From contig PDIP01000067.1 of NCBI GenBank assembly GCA_002811645.1, positions 178,550 through 242,549 of the forward strand: a stretch of DNA of 64,000 nucleotides. Direction: 5' to 3'. A program made the position numbers and the translations under genes. Under the pieces are notes generated by a model. That model was not told the origin of the DNA. It searched no databases and saw only the letters and a program-made list of their open reading frames with translations. This stretch comes from Corallochytrium limacisporum Hawaii. Lineage: Eukaryota > Protista > Pluriformea. Below, piece after piece: positions 11,456-22,241 of the stretch. Position 1 is the first letter of the stretch. Each line of letters begins with the position of its first letter.

Positions 11456-12924
11456 ACGTTTCATTTCCATGTTTTAGTCATTGCATCGCCCCCCTTCAAA
11501 CCACATCATTCCTGTAAATACACGACGAAAGTACTCACGAATCTCCAGTACCACCGGTGCCGGTCAGTGGATCTTAATCTGAAATGCACTTAATTGATTG
11601 GTTAGGACTGTGTCGAAATTGTGTGCGTAGAGTGCTCTTTGCGAGGATGTAGCTCCGTGTTAATGACGCAGGATGTTGATGATGATGATGATCATCATTC
11701 GCTACAAACTTTGACGTCTGGTCAAGTCAACCTAATTCTGTTCTAGCGTTTGCCTCTTTTGTCCTGAACGTGGCTCCTGATCTTTCACAAACGATACGTC
11801 TGGCATCCACGATGATATGTGCTTTCAGCCCCATACCCTCCGCTTATTAGAGTGAGCTTAGACCTGTTGGCCCAATTCTTCCGTTAAGAGCGTAAGTGAC
11901 CTAACCTTTCCGTCCGCAGCCAATAGACATTCTCTTTAATCGCCAACTTGGGACATTACTATCAACCAGAACGCGACATCATCGTCACCACAGTTATCGT
12001 CATCAGAACACATCTATCCATCTACTATGCATTCTGGCTGCTTGGTAGTTGTTCACAATGTGTGACGCATGCCAGACAGACCATGTTTGACTCGTGCGTC
12101 AATGGCTCTCTGCAATGCAGATCAACAAATCCATTATTATCACATGGACGATGGTAGCCAATCGCATCAGTGACAAAGGGGGCAGGGACAAGGTTGGGGG
12201 CCCGTGTCCACTTTCATTGCCTACGCGGCACAACTGTGCCAAGTCGAGCGTTGTGCCGCCGCGACAACAAACTTTCAGTTCCCTTACGCCCAGCCCCCAT
12301 GTATTCTGCTTGTCCTTTTGCCTCCCCCCTCTCCCCCAACCCTTCCATCTGATTTTCTGGTGCGCTATCTTCGGCCGGGGGGGGGGCATCTCGTTTGTGC
12401 TCCACGCTCTCCTCCTCCTCCTCCTCGTCTCTCGGCTCTCGTCCCCTGGGGACCAACTCTCCCCTTCCCCCTCTCCCCCCCGGGGCGGAATCAGTTGCGC
12501 GTGAGGGATAAAAATGTTCGGCCGTGCTTGGTAACACCCCCCCCCCCCGGGGGGGAGCGATAAAAGGCTCTTTGTTCTCAAGCATTTATCGCGAGTGAAT
12601 TTGAAAAAAACTCTTTGGCACGCGCGCGCGCGAGGCATTCAAGTAAAGAAAGTAATACAAAAAATGGTACCAAAATTTCTGTGCCGTGCGTGTGGTTTGC
12701 ATCAGTAACACGAAATTGCCATGGTCGGAGACTCGTCCATTTTCAAGGGAAAATGTATTACATTTTTTTGACGGGAAGGACATCTCCCGCCAAATGGGGG
12801 TGTGTGGTTCGGTGGGTGGTCAGCGGGAAAACCCGTGACCCTTGTCCCGTCAGGTGTCCGTTCAGATTACCACATCTCTATAATAAGTAAACTGGAAGTT
12901 TTTGAACTGGAGCAAAAGTTTTTG

Positions 12925-13401
12925 GGGGGGGGGCAATCTGGCAGGGCCAGCCAGTCAGTGACCCAGTTCGGAAGTCAATCACACTCGTTCGAAATGAATG
13001 TTCTGCAACAAACGCGCGACAAATTGAGCCACGAGAGGAAGTTGCGTGGGTCACCACTTCCAATCTGCATGGCTGATGACCAATCGCTTGACAATGTGAC
13101 CATATTAAAACACAGTACCAGATCGAGGCCAAATAGCTCCTAAGGGGTTGAGGGGTTGAGGGGTACGGTACAGACCCGACCCGTACAAGAAGGGCAATAA
13201 GTACTATCGGTTATAAAAAAAAATTCCAATTGTTTGAAGGGGTGTTTAATTGTTCTTGGTGTGCGGTGCCTGGTTAATTGCGCTGACGAAACCACCGAAT
13301 TGTGGCCCCCCCCCCCCCCCCCAACTTTTCGAAACTCTCCTAGCTAGTGAACTTCCGAACTGGGTCACTGACTGGCTGGCCCTGCCAGATTGCCCCCCCC
13401 C
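12925..13401. mobile_element. MITE/foldback-like element bounded by 51-bp perfect inverted repeats
   Basis: 12925-12975 (G9-caatctggcagggccagccagtcagtgacccagttcggaagt) is the exact reverse complement of 13351-13401. The 375-bp spacer has no recognisable coding capacity and no clear TSD is visible. Confidence 0.6.
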
Positions 13402-13433
13402 GCCAATTTTTCGAAACTCTACTAGCTAGTGAA
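13306..13433 (+). repeat. Imperfect direct repeat flanking the right inverted-repeat arm
   Basis: polyC-ccaacttttcgaaactctcctagctagtgaa (to 13351) recurs as polyC-gccaatttttcgaaactctactagctagtgaa (13393-13433). Confidence 0.8.
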
Positions 13434-16400
13434 TATTATCCAATTTCCCCCTTTTGTTTTTTTTGTGTACGTACACAACGAATCGTTTGCGTTAGTTCCG
13501 GACCTAGAATGCTTAGACAATTTGGTCGGGGACGATCTTTGGAGAGGTAGTTCTGCTAATGGTCATTTTGAGATCTTTCAACGGAATTCCTCCCGTACTA
13601 TACTAACTGTATTGAAGAATAATAGGCCTGCCAATCTATTCATCTACGTGTCCCCCCAAAGAGCCAACGGGTCACAAAGAAGGAAACTCGCGCAGCGCAG
13701 AGCGTGACAAAAGCGGGGCGGGAGGGAAGACAGAATCGGGAATTGGCGAGGCGTCACCTCAGCGCCCGCCATCGTCATCTCTTCCTTCGCCATCCGCTGA
13801 GAAATACCGTCGTCGGTACCATCATTTATCATTCAGTGCGATCCACCATGATTTTGTACTGGGAATCGGTCCCCGTGCATTTAGTACTGGGAACGGAGCC
13901 CTTAAATATACGCGGGGCTGCGGTATGGCTCCATGATAACAACCTCCCGTGCTCCTGCTTCCTTCCACTTTGCCCGTAGGGTCGTGTGTCTTCAATCATC
14001 TCCTTTTTTGGTTAACAGTCTGAGGCCCTCGCCAGGAGGCACGGTTCACCGGTTTCTATACGCATCCGCCCCCCTTTTTGGCGGCGGTTGGCTTCCTTCT
14101 AACATCCAATTTCTCGTTCCCTTTGGGTGTGTGTGTGCGTGCGTGAGTGGTTGCGTGAGTGTGACGGGTGTAAACGTACGTGTCTCTGTGTGTCTCTGTG
14201 TGTCTGTGTGTGTGTGTGTGTTGGAGGGGCGCTCCGGGAGAGCCGGCCCTTTGTAATTTGTCACCTTCTCCGGTGCGCTTCCTCCAACGCCCACCGCCCG
14301 TGTCGGTATCAATTCGTTCGGTTTCGTTTCGTCCCTTCCACTACCAAAAAGGCCTCAACCCTACCTTCCGCCCCTATCTACCCAAAGCGGTATCGCAATT
14401 CCTTCTTTCATCTCTCGATGTGTTTTTTTCATGCTATCTCGCTATTCTTTTTCTCTAGTCCACTTTTTACCCCTTTGCCTCTATTTTTTCTCTTTCTCTT
14501 ATCTAATGTTCGACTGTTGAACGTCCCAATCCCCTTGTCCTCATCCCTCGCTCACTTTCGAGCTTTTCCTCTCGGGCTCAAGTTCCCTTTTTGTTTTTCT
14601 TTTTCCTTTTTGATCCACTTCCTCCCCTCCCCTCAACCCATGCTCTCCCACTCCCGTTCTTCCTTCGTTCCCTAATTTCTTTTATTTGGTGTTCTTTCGT
14701 TTCTTGGCGGAAGGGGTGCTACTGTACTTGCTCAGCTCTAAGCAATTCTATGGTGCCCCCCCCCCCGCGGGAAGTGGCGGTGGTGGTCTCGTCCACTGCG
14801 TTCTTGCCTCCCCACCACACAAGAAGTAAAATATCCTTTCTTTCTTTCATTTTTTCATTTGTTTCGGGTTTTCTTCCCCTAATTCCTTCTTCATCCCCCA
14901 AACCCGGCGTATTAAAGACAGCTACGAACAAAAAGTGCCGTGGGAGGGTGCGCAAGGTATGACGGCAACTGTCCACGTCCCATGTCCAAGTTAGGTCACA
15001 ACGATGCATCTGTAGCTTTGTGACCAGCGGACCTGTTCCATGGGGTACTGGACCCCGGGTATGGGGTGGAGGATGGCACACAAAAACGCCGTTCTGGGCA
15101 CACTCAGTGAATAGGTGGGTAGTCGGTGTGCATATACCAATACCCCCATTCAGTATGGGCCATGTACTGATGGTCAGGAAGGTTACTGTGCTACCCAAAA
15201 AGAAGTTGAAACGTTATCGTTTTTTTCGCTACCCCTCCTCTGTCAATGTTTTCATGTGACCCCTCCTCCGTGATTTTGCTCCCGTACTTGCCTCTGTGGA
15301 CTCTCTTAGATAGGGACGATAAATATTGGATTATTGAGAACGGAGGGGGAGGGGGGGTGTTGGGTACTTGGAGACGGTAAAGTTCAATTCCAACCTCAGA
15401 AGTTAGACGAGGGCCGCAAAAGGTCACGGGTATAATAACAACTGCGAAAGGTGGTGGGCACCTGGGGCACCTGGGAACACCCCTCCCCCTTTTTTTCCTG
15501 TCGGTGCGGCACACGGGCAAAAGAGGGGCAGAGCGTGCCTAAATGGCAGCGCGCCTTGCCCACTCCGCACGGGGCTGACTTCGCTATTGATAAGGCTCGG
15601 AGAGACACGGAGAGAGACACGGAGAGAGATGAGAGAGAGAGAGAGACCTTCAAGTGTTTCAGAAAAAAAGGAAAAAAATAAGGAGAGAGATGATAGAAAA
15701 ATATTTGTCCCGGTTGGCCCCAGTCTTTTTAGGGACAAATGTCAGCAGGTGCTACCGCGCGCATAAAGAAACAAAGGTGTCCCTCCCGTGCTACCCGACC
15801 TGGGGCCATCGAGCCGGCGCAAGAAAACAATGAACCCTTCCCAATGACTACGGAGAGAAAGGGGGACAAAGGGAAAAAAAAAGTCTACACCAGGAGACCA
15901 AAAGTGGCCAAGGCGGTCCTTTAACCAGTAAAACAAATTGCTGCATTGTGCACAGTTGCCGAAGAGCTAGAAACAAAGAAAGATAGGGAATCGTTATCAA
16001 TGAGGGACAAGCGAATCCAAGTTAGTCAGAGACATATTTAACTATTCGGTGAAGGGCAAATTCTATCCCGCGGAGAGGGCCTCCTGCCTTTTTGCTACCG
16101 AGGATCATTCCTTTTTTTTTGCCTTTCGTTCCACACGTTGATTTCACCGACGTCTAGTTGTGTGTTATCTCGAGTACATTCAGTACTGCGTGCCCACCAG
16201 TACCCGTTCGGGACTTGTCTTGAAGCATTCTGGTTGCAAACGAAAAAAAAACGAAAATCTTCTTAACGAACCCACTCCGCTTATCCCTCTTCCATCACCA
16301 CCTGTTTGCTGCCATGGTACACTTCATGCTCACATCTGGAGGCATATCATACGTACATTTATCATATAATATGGACACGTTTACCCACGTCCCTATGGAG

Positions 16401-17930
16401 AGGAGGAGGTTTTCCAAGGCACACGGGGCTGATTTGCGCCTCTCTAACCCCTCGGTCTTCCCCTCCCCCCTTTTATTTTTGCCGGGTCATATCACACCCC
16501 CCCNNNNNNNNNNNNNNNNNNNNNNNNNNNNNNNNNNNNNNNNNNNNNNNNNNNNNNNNNNNNNNNNNNNNNNNNNNNNNNNNNNNNNNNNNNNNNNNNN
16601 NNNNNNNNNNNNNNNNNNNNNNNNNNNNNNNNNNNNNNNNNNNNNNNNNNNNNNNNNNNNNNNNNNNNNNNNNNNNNNNNNNNNNNNNNNNNNNNNNNNN
16701 NNNNNNNNNNNNNNNNNNNNNNNNNNNNNNNNNNNNNNNNNNNNNNCCAAAAAAAATATTCTTCAGAAGAAGAATCGATCTAATTCCGAGCTTGCTACTT
16801 CCCTTCTCCACTGTTCTACTATCGTACATTCCCCCACTCTTTCTCTCTACCATTTTCGGACACCGGTGGTCCCGTTGCAGACTGCTTGTTCTTTGCCGAA
16901 CGGCGGACCCGTACCAAATTGTAGTTCGTATGGGCACCTGGGCTAGTGGTTTGAAGGCGGAAAAAGACTCTAGTACTAATAATATGGTCTTTACCTTTAC
17001 GTGCCGTGGTTTCGCACTATCTTTTACGTTTACATTTTTTTGTGGGGGAGCTTCACGCGGACACAGAGAGAGAGAGAGAGAGAGTGTGTGTGTGTCTGTA
17101 AGGGTGTCGTTCCTTCAATTTTTTTCTTGCTCCCTCTCTTTTGCTTGAGTTTTTTCGGTGCCTTTTTCTTTTTTATGGGTGTGTGCTTGGCCAACCGTGG
17201 CCTTAGGCTCCCACCAACCTCCCCCCCTCCCCCCGGGGAGCTGGCCTTCTTGCCCCTCCCGGCAGAGGAATATTAAAAATTTTATGGCGTAGGCTATGAA
17301 CATAAAATTAAAAAAAACGCGGTATGTTTAATATAACTAATTGAAGCGTGCAAACCCCTCCTTCCCCCTTTTTTCCCGTTGGTTTGCCGCATGGGTAGGC
17401 GTGTAGAGTGGGGTGGAGGGGGGGGGAGGGGAATAGCCAAGGAAGGGTGTGTGTGTGTGTGTGTGCAGGTCCCCTCTCCCCTCCTGATCCCTGCCTTCCC
17501 GGTCCCCCAACAACAAAACTTAACCCATCGACCAAAGCGGCAAGGGAAGACCGTTCGGTGGAGTGGGTTTTTTGGATCGTGCAAGGAAAGAGGGTGGTGG
17601 TGGGGAGGGGAAGAAGAAGAACCCTCGGGGTGGGAGAAGGGGGGAAAAGGGGGGGGGCACCCGTAAGCGGCGATGAATGAATACAAATTAGTTAATGACT
17701 GAATGAAGCTTGGACAACAATTAGATTGGACATTCTTTTATTCTGTGGCCGACAGTGCATTGCTCTCTTGAACGTGAATGTAAGGTTCTGTGTGTGCGTG
17801 TTTGGTTGAGTGTCACCTCCGTGCGAGGAGCAGAACTCCCGTGGTTTGACGAGCACGGCACGGTGGCCAAGAGCAGAAGCAAATGTCTGCCACAACCTAT
17901 TTGACGGATCGGACACGCATAACAAAAAAG

Positions 17931-18008
17931 GTAAGTGGCTCGTTATTACCAGATACCGTCTCCCCGGTCATATTACATATAGCGTACACGATACGTTCGC
18001 CAAACTAG
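17931..18008 (+). other. Putative 5'-UTR spliceosomal intron of the 18016 gene
   Basis: AG|GTAAGT donor at 17931; TAG acceptor candidates end at 17982 or 18008, the latter 7 nt before the ATG. Confidence 0.5.
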
Positions 18009-18015
18009 ACAAATC

Positions 18016-19854
18016 ATGAAACTCATGGAGACAATAACTGCCGTGGCACTGAGTGCAGCTGTGTGCCTGGCAAACCCATTCGCGGAGTCTGGAGGTGGGT
18101 ATGATGACGATCTACCTGACGACAACGATGAAATTGACCGTGACGTCCGGTTCCGCGTGGACAATCGCTGCATTGTGATGAAGGGATGGAATCAAAGTGC
18201 CACCCGTTACCTTCATGAGCCCATTAGCGAAGCTTACATGTTCCAGCTAGGCTGGCTCGGTATACCCCATGAAGTCTACTCCTACGCGGGGGGCGGCAGA
18301 TATCTGCAGCGTCCAGACCCCTTTGCATACCACCACAATACCTTCGGTAATGACGACGGCTCCGAAAACCCACTCCCGGTGTGGTGGAGAGACCCGAGCT
18401 TTTCTCTGCTCACCGGTCTCGAGCACGAGGAAGGCTGGGGACGTTACAGCTGCATCATCCTCCTCCCGGATTGTGTCATTCAGGCTGCAGAGTACGAAAT
18501 CATCTTTGACTACGCCGAGAAGTATGGCGCTCGCATTGTCTCCTTCAAGACCGAAGTCTCAACATACGTCACCGGGGCTGCCGCCACCAATACGGGTGTG
18601 CCTATGGCGGACGCTGCACAATTGAAGTTCACTGACTTCGGAAAGGAGATTTCAGGCGCATTCGACATATTCCATGACGGAACGGAGTATGAATTTGACA
18701 TTAGCACACCGGACGGGCAGTACAGATCCCCCGTCAGGGTCACGGACGATCTTCCAGAGGAGGGTGAGCGGCTTCAGGACAAGCCCCGCTCCATTTCCGT
18801 TCTTGAGACACCTGACGGCGTTTCTCTCATGACTTACCACGTCTTGCGCAAGAACGTCGAGATTCTGGGAGTCTGGACTAACCTGCCTTATTACCAGCAG
18901 GATGCCTGGCCTCTCTTCTTCACCATCATGGATTGGATGCTGCGGGGACACTGGACCGGTTTTCGTCGCATGTACCTCCACGATTCCATAACCAACTACT
19001 TCGAATTCCCTGACGTACGGTCGCCACTCTGTGTAAGGCTCGCCGGCTTCTGCGGCAACGGTGGCGGTCGCTTCAACATTGAAATTGGTGACTTTGACCC
19101 GTACCTGCAGTTCCCAGACACTAACTATCAATGTCGCTGTGCCCAGTGCTTCTGCGACACAGACCCTGATTTGGGTGTGGACTACACGTATGACGATAGT
19201 GAAAAACAGAACCAGTGCGAGCCTGTCGCCACCTTTGAGTTCAACTCTAGCTACGATCTGATTGGCATCGACCTGTCCATGTTGGACAGTGACGCTTGCA
19301 CAAAGTTCTACTTCTCCGTTACCGGTGACCTGACCGAGCTGACCTTCACCGACGACTCCAACGGCGGAGCCACCGTCGACGGCATCGAGTACGGTATCGA
19401 CAGGAACTACGAATTCCCTGTATCTGCCGGTTCTGGCCACATCTCCTTCGCCGAGGACGGCCCCGTATTCAACTACCGCAACAACACCCTCCGCCGCCCT
19501 GTGATTCCCAGGACTTGCAACATGCACTTCGATGAGGATGGCGATTGCCCGGATGGATATGAGCGCGATACCGACAAGGATGAAACAGTTTGCTCAGATA
19601 CTTGCCCGGATGTATGTTGCAAGGAGGTCACGACAACTACTACCACAACCTCCACCAACACCCAACCTGACCCGACATCCACTTCCACTTCCACTGGAAC
19701 CGACTCTGGCACTGATGATGAACCTGCGGACGACGAAGAGGACGGCGACTCCGATGGATCCACAGGGGACGGAGGCGGTGCTGCCGGCGTCTCTGCAAGC
19801 CAGAGCTTGATCCTCGCCACCGTGCTGGCCGCAGTGGTTGCCCTTGTGGCTTGA
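18016..19854 (+). CDS. Secreted GPI-type surface protein with Agd3/CBM87-like N-terminal domain, Cys-rich region and Thr/Asp stalk
   Basis: Signal peptide. LGWLGIPHEV, GRYSCIIL, IFDYAEKYGARIV and DWMLRGHWTGFRRMYL resemble fungal Agd3 motifs. Poly-Thr stalk and hydrophobic tail GAAGVSASQSLILATVLAAVVALVA. Confidence 0.8.
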   Translation: MKLMETITAVALSAAVCLANPFAESGGGYDDDLPDDNDEIDRDVRFRVDNRCIVMKGWNQSATRYLHEPISEAYMFQLGWLGIPHEVYSYAGGGRYLQRPDPFAYHHNTFGNDDGSENPLPVWWRDPSFSLLTGLEHEEGWGRYSCIILLPDCVIQAAEYEIIFDYAEKYGARIVSFKTEVSTYVTGAAATNTGVPMADAAQLKFTDFGKEISGAFDIFHDGTEYEFDISTPDGQYRSPVRVTDDLPEEGERLQDKPRSISVLETPDGVSLMTYHVLRKNVEILGVWTNLPYYQQDAWPLFFTIMDWMLRGHWTGFRRMYLHDSITNYFEFPDVRSPLCVRLAGFCGNGGGRFNIEIGDFDPYLQFPDTNYQCRCAQCFCDTDPDLGVDYTYDDSEKQNQCEPVATFEFNSSYDLIGIDLSMLDSDACTKFYFSVTGDLTELTFTDDSNGGATVDGIEYGIDRNYEFPVSAGSGHISFAEDGPVFNYRNNTLRRPVIPRTCNMHFDEDGDCPDGYERDTDKDETVCSDTCPDVCCKEVTTTTTTTSTNTQPDPTSTSTSTGTDSGTDDEPADDEEDGDSDGSTGDGGGAAGVSASQSLILATVLAAVVALVA

Positions 19855-20309
19855 GACCTCTAGGACAGAAATATAAAAACATCATCTCATCAGCATTCCA
19901 CGCATATTCAATACAGTACAGCCATCCTTTCAAACCCATTACTGGTTTTGATTCCCCAAACTCGTGTTTTGTCACAAAACGAGGACGCAGCATGACTTGC
20001 AACATGGCACACGATATGTCCATGGCGGCCATCCGTCCTTTGGCATATCCGAAAGTCTTTTCTCACAAAAGGTTTCTCTTTATTCGTTTGAAACTTGGTT
20101 TTTGGCCGGGCCTCGGAAAGAACCCCTTTTTTTTTGAAATTTTGGGGAAGAAAAAAGAAAATACTGGGGAAAACGGGTTGTTGTGTTTGCAAAGGAAAGA
20201 AAGAAAGAAGTTAAACGTGAGGAACAGAATACGTCGCCCTGGACGTTTGGCATCATGGATGAATGACAAAAATTGGTTCTGTTTCTCTTCCGCCAATGTA
20301 CTCTCCACC

Positions 20310-22241
20310 TCAGTACGTGGTACCCAGGTTGAGATGGCCGTTCATGCCGGCAAACTTGCGATCAAAGTCATTGCCGAGCTTGGACTGGAACCAGCGTGTT
20401 TGCAGAGGTTCGTGCACATGCTCCGACTTGCTGCGCATATACAGGACCATAATCTCAAGGTTCAGGAAGTCTGGTCCGCTGATCACTGGCCTTTCGCTGT
20501 CACCACGGGTTTCCATTTCCACGGTCTGGGGCCAGAAGAATGTCGACGAGTCACTGATGTCTTCGTGGCGGAATCCATTGGGGCCAATGAAACTGATCAC
20601 GTACCGTCCTGTCGGTCCCGTGTTCTCTGCAAAGTGTACCAAAAAGGTTCCCTTCTTGTGTCCCAGCAGCTTGTACTCTGCGGCTTTGTTGGAGGTCACA
20701 GTCGGATCGAACCAGCTGTTCTCATGCATGAAACTGCGCATGCGATTCAAGCAGCTCTCCAAGGGGCTGAACCAGCGGCACAGCTGGTCAAAGCGCACAC
20801 GGTGGACCACGGGGTTCTGTGCCGTCGGATCCGTGCTCACCAGGTATCTCAAGAAGGTCCGGTCAATGTCCTTGAGCTCCATCATCTGATTCAGCTTCGT
20901 GCACATGTGGTCCTCAAAGCGGCGGTAAAACTCTTGCAGGCTCATTTCCTGATTCTGGCCAAAGAGTAGATATGCCTCGCTGTTAAACATGTCATTGAGA
21001 AGGTGCGAATTGTCGCCCATGAATCCGCCCATGTTTACATCCTGACCACTATGTTCTGCATCTTCTGTTCCAAACATAATGTCATTGAAGTTGAAGTTCA
21101 TGTCAACGTCAAGATTCGCGTTGCCAAACATGTCGCTGTTGCCGCCGGCGTGTCCATTGCCGTTCATACCGCCGTTGTTAAAACGCTGACGGTTCGGGGA
21201 ACCACCTACGGGCGCTCCGTTGCCACTGCTCTGGTTGGCATTACCGTTGCCTTCGTTCTTGAGGAAGTCATCCAGACCGCTCGCACTCTGGCGAGCAGCC
21301 ACGAGCGCGTTCCACAAACTGGAGCCTTCGTTGAAGGAATGGGCACCCATGGCATGCGGGTTGGCCATGCCAACTCCGCCAACGGGTGCTCCACCCTGGC
21401 CGAAGGGATTGCCGCCAGGGCCTCCACCCATCATGCCACCGGGGCCTCCCATGCCACCGGCGCCACCAAAACCTCCCTGTGCACCGCCGAAGCCACCACC
21501 GAACCCTCCGTGGCGGTTCACGGGCATGCTTCGGGATGCCATTCCATCACCGAGGAAGAGACCAGCCATGCCGGTGGAAGGTGAGAATGAAGTGCGGTCC
21601 TGCCAGCTTGAAGTCTGCAGAGCGCTCACCGATGGTGCAGCAATGGAGCCTTCGATGTCGGCACAAACACCGAATAGGGCATTGTCCAATTTGTTGCAAA
21701 ACAAAAACACATCATGCGTTGGATGGGTTGACTTTGTGGGGAAGCAGCGGTTACGTTCCTCATCGCTTCCAAACGCTTCCGTGAGAATCTGACGTGAAAT
21801 GTGTTTCTTGTAGCAATGGTCATCCAGTTTTTCCTTAATGGCCTTGGCAATGTTCTTCGGAGAGCGGTTCCTCACACCATGCTCCGGCTGGTCGTCACTC
21901 CACTTCACCGTGTCGGGATCCAGTCCGAGCAGGAAAGCGGCCACTTTGAGGCAGTCGTGCCAAGTCACAAAACCACTGCCATACAGTTCTGGTGGGATCA
22001 TTTGCATGTCACTGCACTTGTTGTCCTTGCACCGTTTGCATTGTTTGTTTTCTTTCCTATGGTCCTCCACAAAAGATGCTTTCAGCAAGCTCAGATACAG
22101 ATGCTTGCCTCCCGTATGTTGGTATTGAATGATCTTTCGGGGAGATTCATTGCTCCAAGGGTAGGAGTACGTAATGTGCTCAACTTGCAAACCGTTTGCA
22201 AGAGCCAACGGCTGGCTGTTCATCGGCACAAAGTCTCCCAT
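20310..22241 (-). CDS. SH2-domain protein with N-terminal MedA/DUF7082-like domain and Gly/Met/Asn-rich linker (candidate transcription factor)
   Basis: C-terminal SWFDPTVTSNKAAEYKLLGHKKGTFLVHFAE...GRYVISF is SH2-like and is preceded by Cbl/SHK-like VRFDQLCRWFSPL. N-terminal WSNESPRKIIQY, FVTWHDCLK and DVFLFCNKLDNAL parallel MedA motifs. Confidence 0.8.
   Translation of the reverse strand: MGDFVPMNSQPLALANGLQVEHITYSYPWSNESPRKIIQYQHTGGKHLYLSLLKASFVEDHRKENKQCKRCKDNKCSDMQMIPPELYGSGFVTWHDCLKVAAFLLGLDPDTVKWSDDQPEHGVRNRSPKNIAKAIKEKLDDHCYKKHISRQILTEAFGSDEERNRCFPTKSTHPTHDVFLFCNKLDNALFGVCADIEGSIAAPSVSALQTSSWQDRTSFSPSTGMAGLFLGDGMASRSMPVNRHGGFGGGFGGAQGGFGGAGGMGGPGGMMGGGPGGNPFGQGGAPVGGVGMANPHAMGAHSFNEGSSLWNALVAARQSASGLDDFLKNEGNGNANQSSGNGAPVGGSPNRQRFNNGGMNGNGHAGGNSDMFGNANLDVDMNFNFNDIMFGTEDAEHSGQDVNMGGFMGDNSHLLNDMFNSEAYLLFGQNQEMSLQEFYRRFEDHMCTKLNQMMELKDIDRTFLRYLVSTDPTAQNPVVHRVRFDQLCRWFSPLESCLNRMRSFMHENSWFDPTVTSNKAAEYKLLGHKKGTFLVHFAENTGPTGRYVISFIGPNGFRHEDISDSSTFFWPQTVEMETRGDSERPVISGPDFLNLEIMVLYMRSKSEHVHEPLQTRWFQSKLGNDFDRKFAGMNGHLNLGTTY

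Noticed and set aside
11837-11848. 12-nt match antisense to the LSU rRNA 5' region (CCTCCGCTTATT), suggesting a snoRNA guide
   Set aside because: No properly placed C/D boxes, and 12-mer matches to rRNA are expected by chance in 64 kb.
19851-20969. 372-aa plus-strand ORF, and similar long ORFs at 18652-19527, 30059-30874, 34805-35737 and 55926-56774
   Set aside because: Antisense shadows of real genes caused by codon bias; no independent motifs.
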